Source: Mobula hypostoma (Eukaryota). Taken from it: a stretch of 64,000 bases of DNA. Below, one piece after another: positions 1 to 12,880 of the stretch (within the stretch, counting starts at the first letter, position 1; every line of letters begins with the position of its first letter). The notes beneath the pieces are model-generated. The model searched no databases. It was not told the origin of the DNA and was given only the letters and a program-made list of their open reading frames with translations. The DNA lies in the NCBI RefSeq assembly GCF_963921235.1, contig NC_086108.1:107386001-107450000 (forward strand), given 5' to 3'. Both the position numbers and the translations under genes were made by a program.

Positions 1-512
1 AAAAAGTAATGGATACGGCCTAATCCATCACGGGTAAAGATCTCCCCACCACTGAGCACATAAAGACGGAGCACTGTTGCAGGAAAGCAGCATCCATCAT
101 CAAGAACTTCCACCATCCAGGCCGTGCTCTCTTCTTACTGCTGTCATCAGGAAGGTCCCACACCACCAGGCTCAATACAGTTATCACCCTTCAAGCATCA
201 GGCTCCTGAACCAGAGGGGATAACTTCACTTACCTCGGCACTGAACTGATTCCTCAAACGATAGGCTCATTTTCAAGGACTCTGCAACTCGTGTTCTCAA
301 TATTTATTACTTATCTATTTTTTTTCTCAGTTTTGTATTTGAATAATGTGCTGTCTTTTGCAGGTAGGCTGTTAGTCTGTCTTTGTTGGGTGCAGCTGCT
401 CATTGATTCTGTTGTGTTTCCTGGATTTACCATGTATGGCCGTAAGAAAAGGAAGTTCAGGATTGTATATGGTGTCACATATGTACTTGGTGACAAACTT
501 ACTTTAAACTTT
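1..512 (+). mobile_element. Rex1/Babar-type LINE, 3' fragment
   Basis: Decayed C-terminal motif KAASIIK..HHPGRALFLLLSSGR followed by an AT-rich 3' UTR; same motif as other copies in the window. Confidence 0.75.
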
Positions 513-608
513 TAACCTTTAAAGAGTGGGGAAATGTGATTGAATTAATTGGTCTGCATATGCTCAAGGGGTTGAATGGACTCCTTCCCTGCCATAACAG
601 TTCCATAT

Positions 609-950
609 GTCATAGAGTCATAGAAAAGTACAGCACAGAGACAGGCCCTTCAGTCCATCTAGTCAATGCTGAAAGCATTTAAACAGCCTACTCCATCAAC
701 CTGAACCAAGACTATAGCCCTCTATATCCTTCCCATGCATGTGCCTAACAAAATTTCTCTTAAACACTGAAGTCGAGTTTGCATGCACTACTTACACTGG
801 AAGCTCATTCCAGGGTCTCACAACCTTCTGAGTGAAGAAGTTTCCACTCATGTTCCCTTTAAACTTCTCACCTTTCACCCTCAACCCATGATCTCTGGTT
901 GTAGTCCCACCTACGTGGAAAAAGCCTGCTTGCATTGACCCTATCTATAT
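609..950 (-). mobile_element. CR1 LINE 3' end
   Basis: Reverse-strand CR1 3' UTR (CATAGAGTCATAGAAAAGTACAGCACAG...GGCCCTTC) and the GNFFTQKVV-like C-terminus. Confidence 0.75.
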
Positions 951-1356
951 CGTAAGACCATAAGATATAGGAACAGATTTAGGCCATTTGGCCCATCAGG
1001 TCTACTCTGTTATTTCATCATGGCTGATCCAATTTTCCTCTCAGCCCCAATCTCCTGCCTTCTCCCTATATCCCTTGAAGCCTGGACCAATCAAGAATCT
1101 ATCAACCTCTGCATCAAATATACATTAAGACTTGGTCTTCACAGCTGCCTGTGGCAAAGAATTCCACTGATTCACCACTCTCTAGCTAAAGAAACTCCTT
1201 TTCATTTCCATTCTAAAACAACGACCCTCTATTCTGAGGCTGTGTCTTCTGGTCTTAAGCTCCTCCACCATGGGAAACATCCTCTCCACATCCACTATAT
1301 CAAGGCCTTTCACTATTCAATAGGTTTCAATGAGGTCACCCCTCATTCTTCAGAAT

Positions 1357-1710
1357 TAGATAGATAGATAGACAGACATACTTTATTGATCCCGAGGGAA
1401 ATTGGGTTTCGTTACAGTTGCACCAACCAAGAATAGAGTATAAATATAGCAATATAAAACCATAAATAATTAAATAATAATATGTAAATTATGCCAGATG
1501 GAAATAAGTCCAGAACCAGCCTATTGGCTCAGGGTGTCTGACCCTCCAAGGGAGGAGTTGTAAAGTTTGATATTCACAGGCAGAAATGACTTCCTATGAT
1601 GCTCAGTGTTGCATCTCGGTGGAATGAGTCTCTAGCTGAATGTATTCCTGTGCCCATCCAGTACATTATGTAGTGGGTGGGAGACATTGTCCAAGATGGC
1701 ATGCAACTTG
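1357..1710 (-). mobile_element. Rex1-type LINE 3' end with (TCTA)n tail, nested in CR1
   Basis: Reverse complement closely matches about 6760-7080; AATAAA followed by a microsatellite tail. Confidence 0.85.
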
Positions 1711-2367
1711 TGGTGAATACAGACCCAGAGCCATCAAATGCTCTTTATATGACAAGCCATTCAATCCTGGAATCATCTGGGAAACTTCTTTGAACCCGCT
1801 CCAGTTTCAACACATCCTTTCTAAGATAATGGGCTTAAACATGCTCGCAATACTCCAACTGAGGCCTTCCAAGTGCTTTAAAAAGTTCCAACATTACATC
1901 CCTGCATTTGCCTTCCTTACTACAGACTCAACCTACACATTAACCTTTAGGGAATCCTGCACAAGAACTCCAAATTCCCTCTCCAGCTCAGTTTTTTGTA
2001 TTTTCTCTCCAATTAGAAAATAGTCAACCCTTTCATATCTTCTGTCAAAGTGCATGATCATAAACTTCCTGACACAATATTCCATCTGCCACTTCATTGC
2101 CTATTCCCCTAATCTGCCTGAGTCCTTCTGTAGCCTCTCTATTTCCATAAAATTAACTATCCTTCCACCTATCTTTATAGTTTCTGCAAACTTTGCAATA
2201 AAGTCATCAGTTCCATCATCCAAATCAGTGACATTTTATGTAATAAGAATCAGGTTCAACATAGACCACTGTGGGACACCACTGCTCACCGGCAGCCAGC
2301 CAGAAAAGGCTCCCTTTATTCCCACTTTTTGCCTCCTGCCTTCAGTCACTGCTTTATCCATGCTACC

Positions 2368-2911
2368 TTTATCTATGAAAGTTGTCCTGTCCAAGACCGG
2401 AAGAAGCTGCAGAAGATCGTGAACACGGCGCAGCACATCACACAAACCAATCTTCCGTCCTTGGACTCACTTTACACCGCAGGCTGTCGAAGCAGTGCTG
2501 CCAGGATAATCAAAGACACGACCCGCCCAGCCATCACACTTTTCATCCCTCTTCCCTCCGGAAGAAGGCTCAGGAGCTTGAAGACTCGTAAGGCCAGATT
2601 TGGGAACAGCTTCTTTCCAACTGTGGTAAGACTGCTGAACGGATCCTGACCCGGATCTGGGCTGTACCCTCCAAATATCCGGACCTGCCTCCCGTTTTTT
2701 TTGCACTACCTTACTTTCCATTTTTCTATTTTCTATTTATGATTTATAATTTAAGTTTTTAATATTTACTAATTTTTACTGCTTTTAATATTTTTATTAT
2801 TTAATATTTGTAATCCAGGGAGCGGGAAGCGCAAAATCAAATATCACTGTGATGATTGTACATTCTAGTACCAATTGTTTGGTGACAATAAAGTATAAAG
2901 TATAAAGTATA
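2368..2911 (+). mobile_element. Rex1-type LINE 3' end with (AAAGTAT)n tail, nested in CR1
   Basis: ORF 2329-2649 QDRKKLQKIVNTAQHI...LPSGRRLRSLKTRKARFGNSFFPTVVRLLN; CR1 resumes at 2912. Confidence 0.85.
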
Positions 2912-4007
2912 ATCTTTCCTGTAATACCATGGAATTGTAGCTTGTTAAGCAGCCTCATGTGTGGCACCTTGTTAAGGGCCTTCTAAAAATCCAAGTGCAC
3001 AATATCAGCCACTTCTCCTTCGTCTAACCTGCTTGTTATTTCTTCAAGGAATCCCAACAGATTTGTCAGGTAAGATTTTCCCTTGAGTAGACCATGCTGA
3101 CTATGGCCTATTTTGTCATGTGCCTCCAAGTATCCTGATACCTCATCCTTAATAATCGACTCCAACATCTTCCCAACGACTGAGGTCAAACTAACTGGCC
3201 TATAGTTTCCTTTCCTCTGCCTCTCTCCCTTCTTGAGGAATGGAGTTACATTTCCAATTCTCCAGTCTCCTGGAACCCATCCAGAATGTAGTGATTCTTG
3301 AAAGATCATTACTAATACCTCTACAATCTTTTCAGCCAGCTCTTTCAGAACATTGGGGTGTACACCATCTGGTCCAGTTGACTTATCTACCTTCAGACAT
3401 TTCAGTTTCCCAAGTACCTTCTCTCTAGTTATGGTAACTTTACACACCTCATGACTCCTGACACCTGGAACTTCCATCACATTGCTTATGTCTTCCACAG
3501 TGAAGACTGATGCAAACTACTCATTCAATTTGTCCACCATTTTGTTGTCTCCCTTTACTACCTTTCCAGCATTGTTTTCCAGCAGTGTGATATCTACTCA
3601 CGCCTCCCTTTTACACTTTATGTATCTAAAGAAACTTCTGATATCTTCCTTAATATTATTGGCTAGCTAGCTTAGTTTCATATTCCATCTTTACCTTCTT
3701 AATTACTTTTTTGTTGCCTTCTGTGGATTTTTAAAAGCTTCTCATTCCTGTAAGTTCCCATTAGTTTTTCCTCTATTATATGCCCCCTGCTTTGGCTTTT
3801 ATGTTGGTTTTGACTTCTCTTGCTAGCCACAGTTGTGTCATCTTTCCTTTAGAATACTTCTTCCTCTTTAGGATGTATATATCCTGTGCCTTCCGAATTG
3901 CTTCTAGAAATTCTGCTTTTGCTTCTCTGCTGCCATCCCTGCTAGTGTTCTTTTCCAATCAATTCTGGCCAACTCCTCTTTCATGTCTTTATAATTCCCT
4001 TTCCTCC

Positions 4008-4128
4008 ACAGGCAAGTGATCATAATATGATTGAATTCACCCTGAAATCTGATAAGGAGAAGCTACATTTTAGATTCTCCTTCTCAGATTTCAGAGTGAA
4101 TTCAGTCATATTATGAACACTTGCCTGT
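4008..4128. repeat. Fold-back inverted duplication, 54-bp arms, 13-nt spacer
   Basis: 4008-4061 is the reverse complement of 4075-4128 with 4 mismatches. Confidence 0.9.
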
Positions 4129-5334
4129 AAGTGTTCTTTTTGCCTTAAGTTCTCTAATCAATTTGTATTCATTGCATAACAACCAATCCAGAATATCTGA
4201 TCTTCTAGTGGGCTCAACCATGAGCTGCTCTAAAAAGCCATCTCATAGGCACTCTAGAAACTCCTTCTCCTGTAATCCAGCACCAACCTGATTTTCCCAA
4301 TCTACCTACGTATTGAAGGCCCCATGACTATTCTAACATTGCCCTTTTCACATGCATTTTCTATCTCCCATTGTAGTTTGTAGGCCACATCCTTACTACT
4401 GTTTAGGGGTCTGTATACAATTCCCATCAGGGTCTTTTCACCCTTGCACTTCCTTTGCTCTCTCCGTAATGATTCAACACCTTCCGACCCTGTTACCTCT
4501 TTCTAATGATTTGATTTCAATTTTTACCAACAGAGCATCACCACCCCTTCTGCCTTCCTGTCTATCATTTTGATACATTAAGCTCCCTGCTATAATCTTT
4601 CAGCCGTGATTCAGTGATACCGACAACATCACACCCGCCGATCTGCAGATCATTCAGCCTTGATTCAGTGATGTCTATAACATCGTACCTGCCAGTATGC
4701 GACTGTGCTGAAAATTCATCTACCTTATTCTGTATACTGTATACATCCAACACCTTGTATTCACTCTTTTCGATTCTGTCTGCCTTTTAGATTGCAACTC
4801 AATCTGTTAACTGCAATTTTGCCCTATCAACAACCTTTCCTCACTACACATTGCCCCTGCTCATAAACCAGCTACCTCACCTTCAGCACTATCTTCTGCC
4901 TTTCCTACAATACTTCTTGCATTGAAATACAGGCAGCTCAGAACACTAGTCACACCATGCTCAACCTTTTGATTCCCAACTTTGTCAGAGGTCTTACCAA
5001 CAACAGCCTACACAACCTCTCCATGAACTGCTCTGGCTCTCTGGCTCTCTGGCTCCCATCCCCTTGCAACGCTAGTTTAACCCCCACGGTGCAGTATTAG
5101 CAGTCTTCCCGCTAGAATAGAAGTCCCCTTTTAGTTCAGCTGTAACCCGTACCCCTCATAATTTTGTATGCCTCTATCAAATCTCCTCTCAATCTTCTAT
5201 GTTCCAAGGAAGAAATTCCTAACCTATTCAGTCTTTCCATATTCACCACTCAGGTGCTCCAGATCTGGCACTGTCCTTGAAAATTTTCTCTCTACTCTTT
5301 CAACCATATTTGGGGAGGAATAGGGTTATTTACT

Positions 5335-5600
5335 TAATTTATTTATTGAGATACAGTGCAGAAGAGGCCCTTCCAGCCCTTTGATCCACACTACCCAGTA
5401 ATCCACGATTTAATCTGGCCCAATCGTGGGACAATGTACAATGATCAATTAATTTACAAAGCGGTACGTCTTTGGACTGTGGGAGGAAACCCGCATGGTC
5501 ACGGGGAGATCATACAAACCACTTACAGGCAGCAATGGTTAATTGAACCCAGGTCACCTGTATAATAAGGCATTGAGCAAACCACCATGATACTGCGCCA
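5335..5600 (-). mobile_element. HE1/V-SINE-like tRNA-derived SINE
   Basis: V-domain in reverse (GTCTTTGGACTGTGGGAGGAAACC) and B-box remnant TTGAACCC. Confidence 0.7.
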
Positions 5601-6371
5601 CTTGATGGTTACCTCAGTAGTTCTTTCATCGAGTGGGGATAGTCACAATGGGCATATTGACCTTAATGTCCCTTAACTAATTGGCCTTAATTACCCACTT
5701 TGTGGTTTGATGAAGAGTAAATTCAGCCTTTTAAGTACGTTGTTGAACACAATCACAAACAGATTGTGAGCAGAGAAAGGGATGAATATCAAACATGATT
5801 ATTCCATTCAGTTGGTTTGTCGATCTACGGATGTAATGCCTAAAGAAACTGAAAAGGAAAATGTGAAGTTTAGTTTTCAGTATCACTACTTTCCTAACCA
5901 GGAGCCTTTATTTAAAAATTGGCAGGTAATTACTTAAAAAAAGGCTTCCTCTTCCCCATTCTTTCCCCAGGCCAAGTTTATGTGCAGCTGCAATATACCC
6001 AGAGCCTAAGTGTTGGTGCCTACAGACTGAATTCATGTATGGTTCAGTTTAATTGGTGAAAATGTCAAAATATCTTGCATGGCCTGTGTTGTATTTGCAT
6101 AATATCCTTAATCATATGCAGGAACATGGTAGGTAGGCTGGCCCCCGCGGTAACAGAACACCTCTCTGTGCTAAATGACTCTGCTGCTCTGACCCTCTCC
6201 TTCCCAGACACTTTGCAGCTCCCTTTCTGCATACCCGGCCACTCTCCTTCTCCACCACACACCCCAACGTGCCCTCATCATTACGATGGAAACAGAGTTG
6301 AACAATAAACAGTCCTTGGGATGTCATTAACAAGCAGTAGATAATGAACTGACATGATTTCAGAGAATGAA

Positions 6372-7405
6372 GAGACTACTGCACAGGATCGGAAAAGGCT
6401 GAAGGATGTTATAAACTCAACCAGCTCCATCATGGGCTCTAGCCCCCACAGCATGGAGGGCACCTTCAAAAGGGGATGCCTCCAGAAGGTGGCTTTCATC
6501 ATTAAGGACCCCATCGCCCAGGACAAGCCCTCTTCTAATTCCTGAGGAGACTGAGGTCCTTTAACATCTGCCAGATGATGCTGAGGATGTTCTACGAGTC
6601 TGTGGTGGCCAGTGCTATCATGTTTGCTGTTGTGTGCTGAGGCAGCAGGCTGAGGGTAGCAGACACCAACAGAATCAACAAACTCATTCGTAAGGCCAGT
6701 GATGTTGTGGGGATGGAACTGGACTCTCTGATGGTGGTGTCTGAAAAGAGGGTGCTGTCTAAGTTGTATGCCATCTTGGACAATGTCTCCCATCCACTAC
6801 ATAATGTACTGGTTGGGCACAGGAGTACATTCAGCCAGAGACTCATTCCACCGAGATGCAACACAGAGCGTCATAGGAAGTCATTCCTGCCTGTGGCCAT
6901 CAAACTTTACAACTCCTCCCTTGGAGGGTCAGACACCCTGAGCCAATAGGCTGGTCCTGGACTTATTTCCTGGTATAATTTACATATTACTATTTAACTA
7001 TTTATGGTTTTATTACTATTTAATTATTTATGGTGCAACTGTAACAAAAACCAATTTCCCCCAGGATCAATAAAGTATGACTATGACTATGACTATGACT
7101 TCTACCATCGGGGAGGAGGTACAGGAGCCTGAAGACCCACACTCAATGTTTCAGGAACAGCTTCTTTCCTCTGCCGTTAGATTTCTGAAAGGACAACAAT
7201 GAACTCATGATCACTACCTCAGTACTTTTTCTCTCTATTTGCACTACTTACTTTATTATATATTATATTTTATAGTTTTCTACTTGTACTTTATAGTTTT
7301 TATATTGTACTTCATAGTTTTCTTATTACGTATTACAATGTACTGCTGCTGCAAAACAACAAGTTTCATGACATAAACCAGTGATGATAAACCTGATTCT
7401 GATTT
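6372..7405 (+). mobile_element. Rex1-type 3' end interrupted by a second Rex1-type 3' end (about 6540-7099, (ATGACT)n tail)
   Basis: TAQDRKRLKDVINS (6354-6545), then RINKLIRKASDVVG...RHRKSFLPVAIKLYN; the host element resumes at PSGRRYRSLK near 7104. Confidence 0.85.
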
Positions 7406-7811
7406 ATTCTGTCCTACTTGTTCTTACCTCCACCATCAATGGTTGTACCTTCAGTTGCTGAGTTCCAGAGCTCTTGATCCAATTCCCAAAATCTCTGTTT
7501 TGTCATCTTTCCTCCTTTGACACTTACCAAACTATGGAGGCACAAGTGAATGCAGATGCCTGGAATCTGGAGCAAAACCATAGACTGCTGGAAGAAATCT
7601 GGCGCGTGTTACTTTTTGTTCTGTTCCTCCATCTACACAGCTTGTGTCCAATCCACTAAAGTCATCCAGTCGCACATAGATATAAAACATGGGACAGTCC
7701 CTTCAGCCAACAATTAAATTAGTAATTAAATGGCTATAAGTAAACTAATCTCTCTGCCTAGACCATGTCCATATCCATCCATTTCCCTCACATTTGTGTG
7801 TCTATCTAATC

Positions 7812-8198
7812 ACCATCATCATCATCATGTGCCAAGTCGTATGACGTCGACGATCAATCATGGTTGACGTCGGCCATGGTTACTCTTGACAAGTTTTTCT
7901 GCAGAACTGGTTTGCCACTGCCTTCTTCTGGGCAGTGTCTTTACAAGACAAGTGACCCCAGGCATCATCAATGCTCATCAGAGATTGTCTGCCCGGCGTC
8001 AGTGGTCGCATAACCAGGACTTGTGATATGCACCAGCTGCTCGTACGTACGACCATCCACCACCTGCTGCCATGGTTTCACCTGACCCTGATCAGGAAGC
8101 TAAGCAGGTGCTACACCTTTCCCAAGGGTGACCTGCGGATTAGTGGAGGGAAGGAGCGCCTTACACCTCCTTCGGTAGAATCGTATCTCCAACCCGCC
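7812..8198 (-). mobile_element. Non-autonomous RTE-tailed retroposon (family A)
   Basis: (ATG)n tail; GGCAAACC.TTCTG.AGAAA-type RTE 3' motif; second copy at 63178-63535. Confidence 0.65.
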
Positions 8199-8973
8199 TA
8201 TTTAAACATCTCTTATAAGTTTCTAATATATCTGCCTCTACCACCACCCCAGCCAACACATGCCAATCATTTAATTTTTGCCCTCTGAAGCCTGTGTTTT
8301 TGACCAAAACTTTGGTTGACAGGGAGCAATGGTAGCATAGTGGTTAGCATAACGCTTTATCAGAGTTCAATTCCCAACACAGTTCTTAAACCCATGTCCT
8401 CAAATTCTTGATTCCCCAAGTCTAGGAAGAACACTATGTTAGTTCATGGAAACATAATGGTTAGTGCAACACGTTACAGTACCAGTGTGGATTTCCTCTG
8501 ATGCTCTGGTTTCCTCCCACTTTTCAAAGACATACGGGTTTGGATTAGTAAGTTGGGGGCCATACAACATTGGCACCTGAAGCTTGGTGACACTTCAGGG
8601 CTGTCCCCGGCACATCCTCACATCATTGACGCCAACGACACATTTCACTGTATGTTCCGATGTTTCAATATACACGTGACAAATAAAGCTAATCTTTAAT
8701 CTTTCTTCATCTGACTCAACACCAAAGTAAGGCAGAGTAGATGCTGAAACATATCCAATACTGGGAGGGTTTAGAAAGAGGGTCTAATATTATCACATGC
8801 ACCAAGATAGAGTGAAAAGCTTTTGCTTGTGTGCTATCCAGACAGATTATTTCATTTATTGTTACAAAATGCAGCATATAATGTTACAATTACAGGGAAA
8901 AAACAGTGCAGTACATATAAAGTATTAGGATGAAGTGTAAAGTGCCTTAAATATACAGTAAAATAAATAAAGG

Positions 8974-9265
8974 CATCCGTTAGTCTTGCGAGACTATGGA
9001 TCTGCGCCTGTAAAGTCTTCACTCTCCAGGGCTCAGGCCCTGGGCAAGGTTGTATGGAGGACCAGCAGTCGCCCACGCTGCAAGTCTCCCCTCTCCACAA
9101 CACCAATGTTGTCCAAGGGAAGGGCATTAGGACCCATACACTGGTGTCGTTGCAGAGCAATGTGTGATTAAGTGCCTTGCTCAAGGACACAACACGTTCC
9201 CTCAGCTGGGGCTCGAACTCACGACCTTCAGGTAGCTAGTCCAATGCCTTAACCACTTGTGGCTT
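8974..9265 (-). mobile_element. tRNA-derived CORE-like SINE with RTE-type tail
   Basis: Reverse strand shows AGTGGTTAAGGC...GAGTTCGAGCCC (A/B boxes) followed by TGTGTCCTTGAGCAAGGCACTTAA (CORE-like). Confidence 0.65.
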
Positions 9266-9289
9266 AGGTCATGTGCTCGCACAAATATA

Positions 9290-10084
9290 CAGTGGTTTCT
9301 AGTTAATTAGGCCATTGGTTAATCAAGGCAGATGCTTATGTGGGATGACTCTTAAAAAACAAAAACTAATGAAGGAAGTAGCTAGGTTTTCCTTTGTTTA
9401 AATGGGACAATACACTGCTTAATTTGGGCAAGAGACTGTTGCCGAACAGTTTCTAACTAGCGAAAGCTGTGTGCACGTGTGGTCGTTGGGCACTACACAA
9501 CGCTTAAAGCGAACAGTTTGTATAAAAATAAAAATAAGCAGTAAGATAATTCACAACTGTTTTACCTATTGTGGTTTCAAGCTTTCAGGCTTGAAGATGC
9601 CAGAAACGGCTGTAAGACAATTTGGAACTGTTTTGCTCACCATCATTGAAGTATTCAGGCTTTCAGTTGCCAGGAACGGCTGGGAGATTATTTCTCGCCA
9701 AATATCAGTGACAAAAATCACTGCTTTTTGACACAAACATACGCAATTGATGTATTTTAAAAATGATTCACACTAAGTACGATGTAGTGTCCAACAGCCG
9801 CACAACTGCACGCGATTGACGTTAGTTAGGAACTGTTCAGCAACAGGCTCCGCTCCCAAATAAGTGGCACGGTGCCCAACATAGAATGAAGGGAATCCTG
9901 GCTATTGTCTCAATTTGTTTTTGCTCTTTAAGAGTTGTCCCAAATAAGCAGAAGCCCTGGATAATGGATGGCCCAATTAACCAGAATCTACTGTATTTCC
10001 ATGAAATTGGGCTGACTGGGGCAGCTGCTGAATTGGGCCAAAATGTACTGGTCCCAACATGTCCCAAATAACCAGAATCTACTG
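9290..10084. mobile_element. Non-autonomous Tc1/mariner-superfamily (pogo/Tigger-like) DNA transposon
   Basis: TA + CAGTGGTTTCTAGTTAATTAGGCC (9290-9313) versus GGCCCAATTAACCAGAATCTACTG + TA (9970-9993; 20/24 match); second right end at 10061-10084 + TA. Confidence 0.8.
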
Positions 10085-11691
10085 TATTTAATGAAGTAGC
10101 TTCTACTGCTTCCTTTGGCAGCGAATTCCACAGATTCAACTCAAAGGAATTGGTGGAATTCTCTGTGGAAGAATTCTAAGAGGAAAACCACTTCCTCCTT
10201 ATCTCCATTCTAAATCCACTTGTCCGAATCTTGAAGCTATGTCCCTCGTTCCAGTCTCGCCTACCAGTGAAAACAACTTTACTGCCCCATCTCATCAGTC
10301 ACTTACATAATTTTCAAAGATCAAAGTGAATTTATGATCAAAGTGCATTTATAACACCATATACAACCCTGAAATTCATTTTTTACGGGCATTCACAGTA
10401 AGTACAAAGAAACTGCATGCAACAAAGATGACAGACAACCAGTGTGCAAAAAACAAATTATGCAAAGGCAAAAAGAAAATAAGAATAAAGTTATAATAAA
10501 AATAAATAAGCAATAAGTATTGATAACATGAAATGAAGAGTAAAGAGGTCCTGAAAAAAGAATTTAGAGAGCTAGGTGGAATCTGAGAAGTAGGACCTCC
10601 TGGGTAGTAATTTCTAGATTGCTGCCTGTGCCACATGTCAGTGAGGGTAGAAACAAGATGATTTGGCAGATAATTGTGTGGCTGAGAAGCTGGTGTACAG
10701 GGCAGGGTTTCAGGTTCTTGGATCATTGGGATCTCTTCTGGGGGAGGTATGGCCGGTTCAAAAGTGATGGGTTGCACCTGAACCTGAAGGGCACCAGTAT
10801 TTCCATGGGCAGGTTTGTTAGAGCTGTTGGAGAGGACTTAAACTAATTTGGTGGGGGTTGGGAACCAGAGAGAAGAGACTCAGGATAGAATGGATGGTGA
10901 AAAAGCAAAGATTGCATACAGTCAGACTGTCAGGAAGGGCAGGCAGAAGTTAGGACATAATTGCAGCCAGCAGGGTGAGTATCAGTGCATTAGGGATGCA
11001 GAATCAAAAAGGGAAGCAAATACAGTACTCAAAGTGTTATATCTCAATGCACAGAATATAAGAAATCAGGTGGATGATTGTGTTGCATAATTACAGATTG
11101 TCAGGTATGATGTTGTGGCCATCACTGAATTCTGGCTAAAGGATGGTTGCAGTTGGGTGCTGAATGTCTAAGGTTAAACATTGTATCGGAGAGATAAGAA
11201 GGTAGGCAGAGAGGTTGGCATGGCTCTGCTGATAAAGAGTGTCATCAAATCAGTAGAAAGATGTGACATAGGATCAGAAGATATTGAATCCTTGTGGGTT
11301 GAGTTAAGAAACTGCAAGGGTAAAAGGACCCAGATGGCAGTTATATACAGCACTCCAAAAAGTAGCTGGGATGTGGACCACAGATTACAATGGGAATAAA
11401 AAACGCATGTCAAAAGGGCAATGTTATGATAGTCATGGGAGAATTTAACATGTAGGTAATTGGGAAAATTAGGTTGTTAATGGATCTCAAGACAATGAAT
11501 TTGTTGAATGCCCATGAGATGATTTTTTAGAGCAGTTTTTCATTGAGCCTGCAAAGGGATCAACTGTACTGGATTGGGTGCTATGTAATGAACTGGAGAC
11601 AATTAGGGAGCTTAAGGTAAAGGAACCCTTAGGAGACAGTGGTGACAATATGATTGAGTTCAACTTGAAATTTGATAGGGAGGAAGTAAAG

Positions 11692-12236
11692 TGGAGAGCA
11701 TTCTGAGAGGCTGCATCAATGTCTGGTATGGAGGGGCTACTGCATAAGACAAAAGAAGCTGCGAAGTGTTGTAAATCTAGTCAGCTCCATCTTGGGTACT
11801 AGCCTACAAGGTACCCAGGACATCTTCAGGGAGTGGTGTCTCAGAAAGGCAGCGTCCGTTATTAAGGCTCTCCGGAACCAAGGGCATGCCCTTTTCTCAC
11901 TGTTACCATCAGGTAGGAGGAACAGAAGCCTGAAGGCACACACTCAGCAATTCAGGAACAGCTTCTTGCCCTCTGCCATTGGATTGCTAAATGTACATTG
12001 AACCCTTGGATACTACCTTACTCTTTAATATACAGTGTTTCTGCTTTTTACACTTTTTAAATCTATTCAATATACATATACTGTAATTGATTTACTTATA
12101 TATTTATTATTATTATTATTATTATTATTTTTCTCTTCTATATTATGTATTGCAATGAACTGCTGCTGCTAAATTAACAAATTTCACGTCACATGCCGGT
12201 GATAATAACCTGATTCTGATTCTGATTCTGATTCTG
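11692..12236 (+). mobile_element. Rex1-type LINE 3' end with (GATTCT)n tail, nested
   Basis: ORF 11792-12001 CLRKAASVIK...LPSGRRNRSLKAHTQQFRNSF. Confidence 0.85.
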
Positions 12237-12880
12237 AGGGAGAAGGTGCTCAAAAAGCTGAAAGACCTAAAGATACATTAGTCACCTGGACCAGATGAAC
12301 TGCACTCTAGGGTTCTGAAACAGCTAGCAGTAGAGATTGTGGAGGCATTAGTAATGATCTTTCAAAACTCATTAGTCTCTGGCATGGTGCCTGAGGACTG
12401 GAAATTTGCAAATGTCATTCCACACATTAGGAAAGGAGCAAGGCAGCAGAAAAGAAATTGTAGACCAGTTAGCCTGACATCAGTGGTTGGGAAGATGTTG
12501 GAGTCAATTGTTAAGAATGAGGTTATGGAGTACTTGATGACATGGGACAAGATAGGACAAAGTCAGCATGGTTTCCTTAAGAGAATATCTAGCCTACTGG
12601 CATGGTTAGAGCATTGGCTGAGTGGTAGAAGGCAGCGAACGGGGATAAAATGATCATCTTGTGGTTGGCTGCCAGTGACTAGTGATGTTCCTCAGGGTCT
12701 GGTGTTGGGATGACTTCTTTTTACGCTGTAAGGCAATGATTTAGATGATGAAATATATGAAGTTTGTTGCCAAGTTCACAGATGATACAAAGATTGGTTT
12801 AGGGGCAAGTGGTATTGAGGAAACAGGTGAGCTGCAGAAGGACTTAGATAGATTAAGAGAATGGGCAAGAGATTGGCAAA

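Larger units (their letters stand above)
952..5150 (-). mobile_element. Long decayed CR1 LINE (end of ORF1, APE endonuclease, RT, 3' UTR) with two nested insertions
   Basis: Minus-strand ORFs KVDKSTGPDGVHPNVLKE...GNYRPVSLTSVVGKMLE...HLDF (2983-3498) and YDVIDITES (4565-4753); 3' tail TAAGACCATAAGA at 953. Confidence 0.9.

Noticed and set aside
4598..4700. Duplicated DVI/VGITES peptide
   Set aside because: Simple tandem duplication of about 55 bp within a dead CR1 endonuclease.
5881..5925. 45-nt exon (YHYFPNQEPLFKNWQ) with CAG|GTAATT donor
   Set aside because: The following intron would be only 45 nt, and there is no independent support.
8095..8198. HDV-like fold at the 5' end of family A (GGGAAAGGTGTAGCACCTGCTTA on -)
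   Set aside because: A P4/J4/2-like part is suggestive, but I could not build consistent P1-P3 in either copy; a consensus is needed.
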